Source of the DNA: Dehalococcoidia bacterium
GTDB taxonomy: Bacteria > Chloroflexota > Dehalococcoidia > UBA2979
NCBI GenBank assembly: GCA_023228825.1
Contig: JALOAL010000003.1
Location: 123,956-187,955 of the forward strand
Direction: 5' to 3'
DNA length: 64,000 nt
In this document: piece by piece, positions 53,388 through 61,676 of the stretch
Layout: every line of letters starts with the position of its first letter
How positions within the stretch are numbered: the stretch's first letter is position 1
Position numbers and translations under genes: made by a program
The notes under the pieces: generated by a model
Databases searched by the model: none
What the model saw: only the letters and a program-made list of their open reading frames with translations
Told to the model about the DNA's origin: nothing

Positions 53388-55679
53388 CTAGCCCGGCACG
53401 CCGCCCGCCTGCGCCTCCAGCACTCCACCGGAAGCGATCAGCGCCTCCACGCGGTCGCCGAGGCCGGCCTCCCGCAGCACCTCGCGGCTGTGCGCGCCGA
53501 GGACGGGCGCGGGGTCGCCGGGCCGCACGGGCGTGCGCGACAGGCGCGGCGCGGGGCCGGTGCTGGTCACGGCGCCCCAGTGCGGGTGTTCGCGCGTGAC
53601 GCTCAGTCCCTGCTCGCGCGCATAGTCCAAGGTCATCAGGTCGTCCGTGGAGTTCACCACGTGGTGCGCGCCCACGCCGGCGGCGGTCAACCGCGCCACC
53701 CACTCCGCCGCCGTCCCCTGTGCCAGGCGCTCCTCCAGCGCCTTTGCCAGCGACTCGCCTTCCTGCGTCGCCACGGCCTCGAGGCCTTCGACGGCGGCGA
53801 GTTCGGCGGCGTTGCGGGCGCCGAGGAAGAGCCACGCGTCCGATGCCTGGTAGGCGCGGTGGAGGGGGCTGCTGCCCACCTGCTCCTGCCCTCGGGCTTC
53901 GTCCCACGTCTTGCCGGGCGTCCCCACCAGGAACGGCGACTGGAGGAAGGTGGCCGTGTAGCAGAGCGCGGCGTCCACGAACTGGCCTTCGCCCGTCCGC
54001 GCGCGGTGGAGTAGGGCCAGGCTCACGCCGTAGGCGCCCAGATAGCCGGTGCCGTAGTCGTTCACGGCGTAGCGCTGGGTCTGCGGCATGCCGTCTTCCG
54101 TACGGTACCGGTCCTGCATGCCGGTGACGGCCTGCGCGATCTGCTCATGACCGGCGCGGTCGGCCAGCGGTCCGTCGTGCCCGTAGCAGTTCAACGAGGC
54201 GTAGACGATGTCCGGCTTGCGCGCCCGCACCTGCTCGTAGCCGACGCCCAGGCGTTCCGCCACGCCCTTGCGGAAGTTCTGCACCACCACGTCCGCACCG
54301 TCCACCAGCGCCCAGAACGCCTCCAGGCCCTCCGGCGTCTTCAGGTCCAGGACAATACTGCGCTTGCCTCGGTTCACGTCGCCGTGGAAGGCGCCCATGG
54401 GTGGGCGGTCCGGCGCCTCGATCTTGACCACGTCCGCGCCGTACTCCGCGAGCGTGCGGCCGCAGGTGGGGCCGGCCAGCACGATGCACAGGTCCAGTAC
54501 CCGGACGCCGTCCAGCGCCGCCCGCATCGTGGCTTCTGGCGCGCTGCCCGCCACGACCGGGCGTGCCGCCGCCGTCCCGAGGGCGCGGAGGATCGCCTCG
54601 CGGTCCGCGTCCAGCGCACGGGCGGGGCCCTGCACGGCCCCCGGCGTGCGCGACAGGCGCGCGGGGATGCCGGGCTGCTTGACGCGGCCGAACACCGGGT
54701 CGTCCACCTCGACAATGGCGCCGGAGCCGAGGGCGTGCGGGTGTTCGATCCACTCGGAGGCGGGGCGGCAGACGGAACACTCGCCGCCGGCGTCGTTCAC
54801 CAGCGCCTCCCACTCCGCGGCGGGCCGTGTCTTGAAGAGCGCACGGGCGGCCTCGGTCACCTCTGCGGCCAGGTCGCGGTCCGTCGCCAGGCGCACGCGG
54901 TCGGTGTAGCCGCGCTCGATCCAGTGGGCCACGCCGGCGGCGGCCAGGACGTCCTCCGTGCGGGAGTTGCCGGTGTGGAACATGATCCAGTTGCCGTCCG
55001 CGCACTCCCACTGCGTGGTCAGGCTCATGGCCGCGCCCAGCGGCCGGTCCGCCACTGCGCTGGCCGAGTAGCCGTTGTAGCCCACCGCCCCGTACATCGC
55101 GTCGAACAGCGGCACCTCGATGCGCTGGCCCAGGCCGTCGCGCTCACGGGCGGTCAGGGCCATGCCCACGGCCACGGCGCCCTGGATCGCGGCGTAGGAG
55201 GAGGCCAGCGGCAGCGCGGTGTAGACCGGCGCCCCCGCCTCCGCGGCAATGCGGTTGCGGCGGTAGAGGCCGGACGCCGCCCCCACCACGCCCTCCCACG
55301 CCGCCGTCCCCGCACGCGGGTCGTCCGAGGCGAAGCCGGGCAACGAGCAGTAGACCAGGCGCGGGTTCGCCTCGGTCATGGCGGCGGCGCCCAGGCCCAG
55401 GCGGTCCATAACGCCGGGCCGGAAGTTCTCGATCACCACGTCCGCGCTCGCCACCAGGGCGCGCGCGGTCTCCCGGCCCCCCGCCTCCGCCAGGTCCAGG
55501 ACGATGGACTGCTTGCCACGGTTGAAGGCGGCGTTGGCGGGCGTCTGCCAGCGGGGCCCGCCCGGCGGATCCACACGGACCACTTCGGCGCCCTGGTCGC
55601 AGAGCAGTTGCGCCGCCAGGGGGCCGGCCAGGTACTGGCCAAAGTCGATGACGCGGATTCCGTGCAGGGCGCCAGCCAT
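53388..55679 (-). CDS. Tandem-fused family III CoA-transferase (two CaiB/BaiF domains in one 763-aa polypeptide)
   Basis: Domain 1: GIRVIDFGQYLAGPLAAQLLCDQGAEVVRVDPP...NRGKQSIVLDL...ENFRPGVMDRLGLG. Domain 2: GVRVLDLCIVLAGPTCGRTLAEYGADVVKIEAP...NRGKRSIVLDL...QNFRKGVAERLGVG. Confidence 0.85.
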   Translation of the reverse strand: MAGALHGIRVIDFGQYLAGPLAAQLLCDQGAEVVRVDPPGGPRWQTPANAAFNRGKQSIVLDLAEAGGRETARALVASADVVIENFRPGVMDRLGLGAAAMTEANPRLVYCSLPGFASDDPRAGTAAWEGVVGAASGLYRRNRIAAEAGAPVYTALPLASSYAAIQGAVAVGMALTARERDGLGQRIEVPLFDAMYGAVGYNGYSASAVADRPLGAAMSLTTQWECADGNWIMFHTGNSRTEDVLAAAGVAHWIERGYTDRVRLATDRDLAAEVTEAARALFKTRPAAEWEALVNDAGGECSVCRPASEWIEHPHALGSGAIVEVDDPVFGRVKQPGIPARLSRTPGAVQGPARALDADREAILRALGTAAARPVVAGSAPEATMRAALDGVRVLDLCIVLAGPTCGRTLAEYGADVVKIEAPDRPPMGAFHGDVNRGKRSIVLDLKTPEGLEAFWALVDGADVVVQNFRKGVAERLGVGYEQVRARKPDIVYASLNCYGHDGPLADRAGHEQIAQAVTGMQDRYRTEDGMPQTQRYAVNDYGTGYLGAYGVSLALLHRARTGEGQFVDAALCYTATFLQSPFLVGTPGKTWDEARGQEQVGSSPLHRAYQASDAWLFLGARNAAELAAVEGLEAVATQEGESLAKALEERLAQGTAAEWVARLTAAGVGAHHVVNSTDDLMTLDYAREQGLSVTREHPHWGAVTSTGPAPRLSRTPVRPGDPAPVLGAHSREVLREAGLGDRVEALIASGGVLEAQAGGVPG

Positions 55680-55853
55680 GAGGACAACTCCATCCAGCCC
55701 GGGTCGAGGCCAACCGCCGCCTCGCGGGCAACTCGGCGGCAGTGTACGCGGGCAGGCCAGCGGCGCGGGTTACGGCGGCGCTACCATGCGCCACACCTCG
55801 ACCGCCTCGACCACCTCGACGCCATCGCCCGCAAGAGACCGGAGCCAGCCCCC

Positions 55854-56363
55854 ATGACCGCCCTGGACGACTTCATCGCCGCCGTCAACGCCGTGGACGC
55901 TCGCCTGGAGGCGCTGCGCCCGCGCATCCTGGAGCACGGCGACGCGCCACTGCCCGAGGGCACCTGGCGCGTCCGAGACGCGCTGAGCCACCTGGCGGCT
56001 CGCAGCAACGGCGTGGCGCGCATCCTGCAGCGCGTGGAAGCCCTGGACGCCCAGGATGCCGCAGGCGGCCCAGACGCCACAGATGCTCCGAGCGCACCCC
56101 CGGCTCCCCGCAACATCGACGAGATCAATGCGGCACAGGTCGAAGAGCGGACGGATCGCTCGGTGGAGGCGCTGCTGGACGAGATCCGGGAGGGCCACCA
56201 GGACGCCATCGCCGCCGCTCGAGGGCTGGACGACGCGCTGCTCCAGCGTCAGGTCCCGCTCGGCTTCCGGCCGGGCGACGCGAGCGTGGGCGACCTGCTG
56301 GTGATGGGCGGGCCTCGCCACGATGGCGGCCACCTGGACCAGATCGAGGCGGCGCTCGGGTAG
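55854..56363 (+). CDS. DinB_2 / MDMPI_N-like four-helix-bundle protein
   Basis: 169 aa. W.VRDALSHLAA near the N-terminus and a C-terminal H...H..Q pattern. The match is weak and pattern-based only. Confidence 0.5.
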   Translation: MTALDDFIAAVNAVDARLEALRPRILEHGDAPLPEGTWRVRDALSHLAARSNGVARILQRVEALDAQDAAGGPDATDAPSAPPAPRNIDEINAAQVEERTDRSVEALLDEIREGHQDAIAAARGLDDALLQRQVPLGFRPGDASVGDLLVMGGPRHDGGHLDQIEAALG

Positions 56364-56418
56364 GCCCGGACGCGGCGCCTCGTCCCTCGCGGCCCTCGAT
56401 AGTCCTCGTTAGGCCTCG

Positions 56419-57630
56419 CTAGTCCTCATTCCCGGCGGGACCGGGAGGGACGCCGTCCTGCGGCGCACCGGAGGGCCCGCCGCCGGGCGAGGGGGCGGAG
56501 GCTTCCGGAGCGTTGGCGCCGGAGCCGCCGCAGATCAGGATGAGCAGTGTGGAAGGCAGGTCTCCGGGGTAGCGGTCTCGCCACTGCGCATTCACGAACG
56601 CCGGTGCGCCAGCGGTGTAGCCCAGGAGCGAGCCGTTCACCGTGACCCACGCGGACAGCACGGAGCACCCGCCACTGGAGGCGGACGCCACCAGCGACTC
56701 CACCGGACCGCCGGTCCACGTCACCAGCCCCAGTCCGCCCCTTGTGGGCAGGGAGCCGTTCAGGGCGCCGCTCGGCGTGCCGGCGATGGGCCGGGCGCCG
56801 GGTGCGGGGGTCGGCGTGGGCGCGGGCGTCGGGGGCGGCGTGGACGACGCCGGGACGAGGAAGTCGTCCGCCATCCAGCCGGCGCCCCAGCCGCTCTGGA
56901 CGTACACCCAGCGATACCCGCCGGCGTTCACGGGCGCGGCGTCCAGCACCTCCACGAAGGAGCCGTCCGCCACGCAGTGCACGCGGGGGTTGCCGGTGCC
57001 GGGGCCAGTACGCAGGTTCACGCACTGCCCGTCACCCGCTACCCGAGCGGTCGTGCCCGGCGTGAGCGAGGCGGCCTGCGTGCCCTGCCCCGCCTCGAAC
57101 GCCTGCGGTGCCGGCGCACCGCCCGAGGCGTACGAGAAGCGGTATGCGCGCACGTTGAGGTTGGTGTAGCGAGTGGCAGCGGCTTGCGGGTCGTAGTCCT
57201 CGCGGATACGCACCACGCCGTCCCACTGCGAGTTGGAGTCGATCACCGTCAGCAGGCCGTTGCCCTGGCGGTGCATCACGATCGAGGTATGAAGGCCGGG
57301 ATACGACGCGCCGGGGCCCAGGTCCTTGTCGTCCGCAATCTGCACGATGTCGCCCGCGCGGACGTCGGCCAGGGACACCTCGATAGCGCCGCCGGAGAGA
57401 TAGCCTTCCCGGTAACCGAATCCCATCGCGCGTCCGGTGGCCTCCTGCACGACGCGTCGCACCCACGGGAAGCACTGGCCTTCCTGCAGATGTAACGACT
57501 GCTGGGCGACCTGGACGATACGCTCTCCGGCGTCAGTCGACTCGGCGGAAACGGGCCGCACAAGGACCAGCGAGAGCGCGCCAGTGAAGAGGATCACCGA
57601 CGCAAACGCAACGAGGGTACGTGACGTCAA
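56419..57630 (-). CDS. Secreted CHAP/NlpC-P60-like cysteine peptidase + SH3b domain + conserved C-terminal domain
   Basis: TTG 57630 with GGAG 6 nt upstream. Signal peptide ...LVLVRPVSA-ES. Cys...His...Asn triad context (GQCFPWV ... GDIVQI ... GLHTSIV ... VIDSNS). SH3b-like ARVAGDGQCVNLRTGPG...GYRWVYVQSGWGAGWMADDFL. C-terminal module W.GG..ESL...GY.AGAPAFVN. Confidence 0.7.
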   Translation of the reverse strand: MTSRTLVAFASVILFTGALSLVLVRPVSAESTDAGERIVQVAQQSLHLQEGQCFPWVRRVVQEATGRAMGFGYREGYLSGGAIEVSLADVRAGDIVQIADDKDLGPGASYPGLHTSIVMHRQGNGLLTVIDSNSQWDGVVRIREDYDPQAAATRYTNLNVRAYRFSYASGGAPAPQAFEAGQGTQAASLTPGTTARVAGDGQCVNLRTGPGTGNPRVHCVADGSFVEVLDAAPVNAGGYRWVYVQSGWGAGWMADDFLVPASSTPPPTPAPTPTPAPGARPIAGTPSGALNGSLPTRGGLGLVTWTGGPVESLVASASSGGCSVLSAWVTVNGSLLGYTAGAPAFVNAQWRDRYPGDLPSTLLILICGGSGANAPEASAPSPGGGPSGAPQDGVPPGPAGNED

Positions 57631-57755
57631 AACGCACTCCGAACATCCCCCGCCGCGAACCACTCTAACCGCGAGCCGCTTCGCGGCAAACGGTCTCAAA
57701 TCTCCGCGCACTGCCGGGAGATTCCACGCGCGTGATTCCGGGGAGCGGAGCATGC

Positions 57756-57788
57756 GTGGAGGCGCACCGACATCCGGTACGCCTCCAC
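57756..57788 (-). terminator. Hairpin (9-bp stem GTGGAGGCG/CGCCTCCAC) just downstream of the BtuF-like gene
   Basis: Read directly. There is no clear U-tract. Confidence 0.35.
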
Positions 57789-57809
57789 ACTGGACTGGTC
57801 GCCGGACGG

Positions 57810-58814
57810 CTACTCGAAACGGTCCGGATAGAGGAACGCTGCGAGGGCTTCCACCGCGTCCACGATGCGCGGCCCGGGGCGACTGGTGATGTCCTGGTCC
57901 ACCGGGAAGATGCGGCCCTCCTCCACGGCGGTGATACCGGACCATCCCGGTCGCTCGCCCACGGACTCGATGCTGACGCCGAAGGCGTGGTCCGCCAGCA
58001 GGATCACCTCGGGGTCGGCTTCCACCACGGCTTCCGCGCTCAATTGCGGGTAGTCCGAGGCGGTCCCGGCGGCGATGTTTTCCGCCTTCAACAGCGTGAA
58101 CGCGGAGCCGATGAACGTGTTTGGCCCCACGGTGAAGAGCGTGGAGTCCAACTCGTAAAACACGCGCGGGCCGGTCTCCAGGTCCGCCAGCGCCTCCTCC
58201 ACAGCCGCGAGGCGGCCCTCCAGATCCTCGATGAGCGCCTCGGCTTCCTGATCGAGGCCAGTCAGCAGCCCCAGCACGCGGATGTGCTCCATGACGCCGC
58301 GCAGGTCCGTGGGCTCCGGCAGGTAGAAGACCGGTAGGCCCAGCCCTCGGAACTGCTCCTGGCTGTAGTTCTGGTTGCCTGAAAAGATGATCAGATCCGG
58401 GTCATGCGAGGCAGTCTGCTCCGGATCCGGGGAGGCGTATGCCACCTTGGGTAGCGCTGCCGCCTCCGCGGGGTAGTCCGAGAACTCATCCGCGGCCACC
58501 ACCTGCGGCCCCGCTCCCAGCGCGAAGAGGATCTCCGTGGCCCCCGGTGAGTGCGAGACGATGCGCTGCGCTGGCGATTCGAGGACAAGCGTCGTCCCCG
58601 TATCGTCGACGGCCTCGATACTCGCGGGCAAGGTCTCGGTCGCCGTCTCGGTCGCTTCGGCACTCGCGGTGGCGGCCGCAGTCGTCGTGGGCGTCGCGGT
58701 CGCGCCGTCGTCGCCACATGCGGCGAGCAGCAGCACGAGGGCGAACGAGAGCCCGAGGGCGAGGGACGCCCAGGGCGACCGCCAGCGGCGGCCAAACAGG
58801 GTTCCAGCAGTCAT
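57810..58814 (-). CDS. ABC-transporter periplasmic binding lipoprotein, cobalamin/iron-siderophore (BtuF/PF01497-like) type
   Basis: ATG 58814 is preceded by GGAGG. Lipobox LLAAC. RIVSHSPGATEILFALG, PDLIIFSG, PEVILLAD and GPRIVDAVEALA are typical of cluster A-II binding proteins. A cobalamin riboswitch lies immediately upstream. Confidence 0.8.
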   Translation of the reverse strand: MTAGTLFGRRWRSPWASLALGLSFALVLLLAACGDDGATATPTTTAAATASAEATETATETLPASIEAVDDTGTTLVLESPAQRIVSHSPGATEILFALGAGPQVVAADEFSDYPAEAAALPKVAYASPDPEQTASHDPDLIIFSGNQNYSQEQFRGLGLPVFYLPEPTDLRGVMEHIRVLGLLTGLDQEAEALIEDLEGRLAAVEEALADLETGPRVFYELDSTLFTVGPNTFIGSAFTLLKAENIAAGTASDYPQLSAEAVVEADPEVILLADHAFGVSIESVGERPGWSGITAVEEGRIFPVDQDITSRPGPRIVDAVEALAAFLYPDRFE

Positions 58815-58819
58815 GTACA

Positions 58820-59095
58820 GCACCTCCTGCACGGGAGGAGGCAACGAAAAGCCCCCTCCTGGTGCGAGGGGGCAGGTGTGAAGGCTCGGCAGGAGGGAAC
58901 GGCGATCGACCGACCCCGACCAGCGTTGCCGTCGCCTGTCCTCGCAGGTTCGACAGATCGCGGGCCGGTGTTCTGGCTCCCGCCCAGGGGCGCCCCTGGA
59001 GCGGTCACAGTTGCGGGACAGCGTCGGCCTTGCACCGACTTCCCCGGACACCGCGAGGTTCCGAGTGAACACCGGGACGAGGTGGCGCGCAAGCG
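58820..59095 (-). promoter_or_regulatory. Cobalamin (B12) riboswitch with an SD-sequestering expression platform
   Basis: The minus strand reads GGGGAAGTCGGTGCAAGGCCGACGCTGTCCCGCAACTGTGA, matching the core GGGAA..GGTG.AA..CC...GC.G.CCCGCAACTGT. The B12 box GAGCCAGAACACCGGCC is at 58962-58980. Downstream are four alternating CCTCC/GGAGG elements ending in the SD. Confidence 0.85.
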
Positions 59096-59188
59096 CGTGT
59101 TGCCCCGGCCAGGAAGCGGCGCGCAGATCTTGCTGGGACGGCGGCGGGGAACACGACACCTTCACGTTGATATAGTCGCCACGGAATC

Positions 59189-60160
59189 GTGACGGACGGA
59201 ACACGTATGGTCGGCTCACCAGCCACCCGTCGCAGCGCTCCCAGTGACCACCTGGCGTCCGCCCGCCTGGGGGCCGCGCCCGCGCTGTCCGTGGGGTACC
59301 TGCTCGCTGGCGTGGCGTGGGTGCTGGCGAGCGAGTGGCTGGTCCACGCGCTGGTGCCGGAGGAGCGGGCCGGCCTCGCGCGCATCGTGGCCGGCCTCGG
59401 CCTGGTCGCCCTGAGCGGGGTGACGCTGTACCTGGTGCTGGAGCGCCTCGGCGGGCAGGCGGATGCCGCACCAGCCTCCGTCCGTGGCCTCCGGCGGCAC
59501 GAGGCGAGGCAGCGACGGCTGGCGCACCGCCTGATGGAGGCGGAGGAGGATACGCGACGCTCGGTCGCGAAGGACCTGCACGACGGCCCGTTGCAGGCGC
59601 TCACGCTGACCTTCATGCAACTGGACGCTGCCGCGCGCGGCGCGGAGGCGGGCGGTCCGGTGGATGCGCACCGCGTCACAGATGCCATGAACGCCATCCG
59701 CGACGCGGCGGACGACATCCGTGCCGTGGTGCGCGCGCTGCATCCCCCGCTGCTGGCCGAACTCGGCCTCGCAGCGGCGGTCGAGCGCCACTGTCGCGAG
59801 ACGGCGATACGTGCCGGCCGGGACGTCCTGTTCGAAGGCGCTTCGTCGCTCCCGCCTGCGGACACGCAGTCCTCGATCGCCGTGTTCCGCATCCTGCAGG
59901 AGGCGCTGGCGAACGCGCTGAAGCACACCAGCGACGGCCCGATCGAGGTGGACCTGCAGGTCCAGGACGGCCGTGTGCACCTGAGCGTGCGTGACCACGG
60001 GCCCGGCTTCGAGCCCGGCGCGAGCCTCAGCGAGGGGCTGGGCCTGCTGAGCATGCGCGAACGCGCCGAGTCAGTGGGCGGCGCGTTCGTCCTGCAGTCC
60101 GGCGCCGACCGAGGGACCGCAGTGAGCGTACACGTGCCGCTCAACCGTCCAGATGCCTGA
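59189..60160 (+). CDS. Sensor histidine kinase, HisKA_3 (NarL-partner) type, no adjacent response regulator
   Basis: Two N-terminal TM helices, H-box RRSVAKDLHDGPLQAL, and HATPase_c with N-box LQEALANALKH and G-boxes DHGPGF and GLGLLSMRER. Confidence 0.8.
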   Translation: MTDGTRMVGSPATRRSAPSDHLASARLGAAPALSVGYLLAGVAWVLASEWLVHALVPEERAGLARIVAGLGLVALSGVTLYLVLERLGGQADAAPASVRGLRRHEARQRRLAHRLMEAEEDTRRSVAKDLHDGPLQALTLTFMQLDAAARGAEAGGPVDAHRVTDAMNAIRDAADDIRAVVRALHPPLLAELGLAAAVERHCRETAIRAGRDVLFEGASSLPPADTQSSIAVFRILQEALANALKHTSDGPIEVDLQVQDGRVHLSVRDHGPGFEPGASLSEGLGLLSMRERAESVGGAFVLQSGADRGTAVSVHVPLNRPDA

Positions 60161-60317
60161 CCACCTGCGCATCTTCTTGACGGCGGGGCTCTCGGTGGGC
60201 CTGCTCTTTGGCGGCATCGCGCTCATGGCCACGCTGGACCCGGCGCGTTCCGGACTCATCGCGCTGGCCTCGTTCCTGGTCGCCGGGGCGGCGTTCACTC
60301 TGGCCGCACGACGCTAG
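60153..60317 (+). CDS. Possible 54-aa two-TM mini-protein overlapping the kinase stop
   Basis: Own translation: MPDHLRIFLTAGLSVGLLFGGIALMATLDPARSGLIALASFLVAGAAFTLAARR. Third positions are G/C-rich. It is not in the track, and no SD is evident. Confidence 0.3.
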   Translation: MPDHLRIFLTAGLSVGLLFGGIALMATLDPARSGLIALASFLVAGAAFTLAARR

Positions 60318-60781
60318 CGGGCGATGGCAGCGACCTTCGCCTCCGTGAGGCGCACGAGGTCAGCGGGAGCCAGGACGATCTCCAGGCCACGACGTCCGCC
60401 GCTCACGTAGACCGTCTCCTGCAGCAGCGCGGACTCGTCCAGCACCGTCACCAGGCGACGCTTCTGGCCCAGGGGGCTGATGCCCCCCACCACGTAGCCC
60501 GTGGCGCGCTGCGCGTCCGCCGGATCCGCCATCTCCGCCTTGCGGCCGCCCGCCGCCCCTGCGAGCGCCTTCAGGTTCAGGCGCAGCGCCACCGGCACGA
60601 TGCCCACCGCCAGCGTCCGCCCGTCCAGCCGGGCCACCAGCGTCTTGAACACCCGCTCCGGCGCCACGCCCAGCGCCTCCGCCGCCTCCAGGCCGTACGA
60701 TTCCGCCGAGGCGTCATGGTCGTACTGCACCACCTCGTACGCCACGCCGGCGGCCCTGGCAGCCTCCACGGCCGGTGTCAT
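60314..60781 (-). CDS. ybaK: Cys-tRNA(Pro)/Cys-tRNA(Cys) deacylase YbaK
   Basis: 155 aa. FKTL, GYVVGGISPLGQK and VSGG.RG.E match the YbaK/EbsC pattern. Confidence 0.85.
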   Translation of the reverse strand: MTPAVEAARAAGVAYEVVQYDHDASAESYGLEAAEALGVAPERVFKTLVARLDGRTLAVGIVPVALRLNLKALAGAAGGRKAEMADPADAQRATGYVVGGISPLGQKRRLVTVLDESALLQETVYVSGGRRGLEIVLAPADLVRLTEAKVAAIAR

Positions 60782-61530
60782 GCGCCCGCCGCGCTGTCCG
60801 CCGCGTCCGCAGCCGCCTCGACGCCCTCGCCGTCATCGGCACCTTCGCCGTCATCGAGGCCGTAGACCATGGCGTGCATCTGCCAGTAGTGGGCCACCTT
60901 GGCCACCACGGTGATCACGCTCTTCACCTGGTCCTTCATCGTGAAGTCCGGTCCGGCCGGCACCAGCAGGCGGTCGTCGTCGTCCAGGCGGGCGTCCACG
61001 TTCTCCAGGATGGTGCAGGCGCACATCCACGCAGCCTGCTGCCGGGTGCGACATGTGATCGCCAGCCAGCCGTCTCCCGCCGGCTCCGAGAACAGCCCTG
61101 TAGTCATGTAGATGCCGCGCCGGATCTCCGCGATGGGGTCGAACTCTCCGGGCACCGGCGCCGGGATCTCGGTGACGCGGGAGGCGCGCAGGACGCTGTC
61201 CGGGCCGCGGTGTGGCGGGCCGCCGAAATAGGCCAGTTCGCAGAAGGACTCCCACATGGCGCCCCAGTCCGGGCGGCCTTCCTCGTCCAGCGTCATCTCC
61301 GCGGCGGCCATGCCCTCCGTCTGCACTCGGACGGGCTGGAGCACCTCGATCGGGTCGTCGCCGGTCATCGGCGCCACCGAGAGGCGCGCCAGGTCCGCGA
61401 GTTCAGGGCGCACGTAGGCGAACTCCACCGGCTCACCGAGGAACGCCGCGAACGTCTGACAGAGGTCGCGCAACTCGCGCGTGCGCTCCCAGGGCAGGTC
61501 CTTGTCCGCGATCACCATCACATGGGCCAT
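60778..61530 (-). CDS. Hypothetical acidic protein (250 aa), family not recognised
   Basis: ATG 61530 is preceded by GGAGGA. Coding-like third-position bias runs throughout. Its stop overlaps the ybaK start (ATGA-type overlap at 60778-60781). Confidence 0.6.
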   Translation of the reverse strand: MAHVMVIADKDLPWERTRELRDLCQTFAAFLGEPVEFAYVRPELADLARLSVAPMTGDDPIEVLQPVRVQTEGMAAAEMTLDEEGRPDWGAMWESFCELAYFGGPPHRGPDSVLRASRVTEIPAPVPGEFDPIAEIRRGIYMTTGLFSEPAGDGWLAITCRTRQQAAWMCACTILENVDARLDDDDRLLVPAGPDFTMKDQVKSVITVVAKVAHYWQMHAMVYGLDDGEGADDGEGVEAAADAADSAAGA

Positions 61531-61676
61531 ACGGTCCTCCACCAAACGCCCACAACACGCGGGCTCGTCACGCCGACCTCGGGCGCGTTCTTGCGAATCG
61601 TCGCACAACGGGCGATGCTCGGGCCACGATTCGAGTTGCACCGGCCACGCCCTGACCGAGACGAAGGTACGCCTCC

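Noticed and set aside
57631-57809. Possible cyclic-di-AMP (ydaO-type) riboswitch upstream of the CHAP/SH3 wall hydrolase. These riboswitches often precede such genes, and the leader has two GGAATC elements.
   Set aside because: The conserved ydaO elements I remember (ACGGGGA.., CCCGA..CCGACAGCTAACCTCGTAAGCG) are not present in the correct orientation. Only a short CCGCGA/TCGCGG hairpin is evident. A cmscan would be needed to revisit this.
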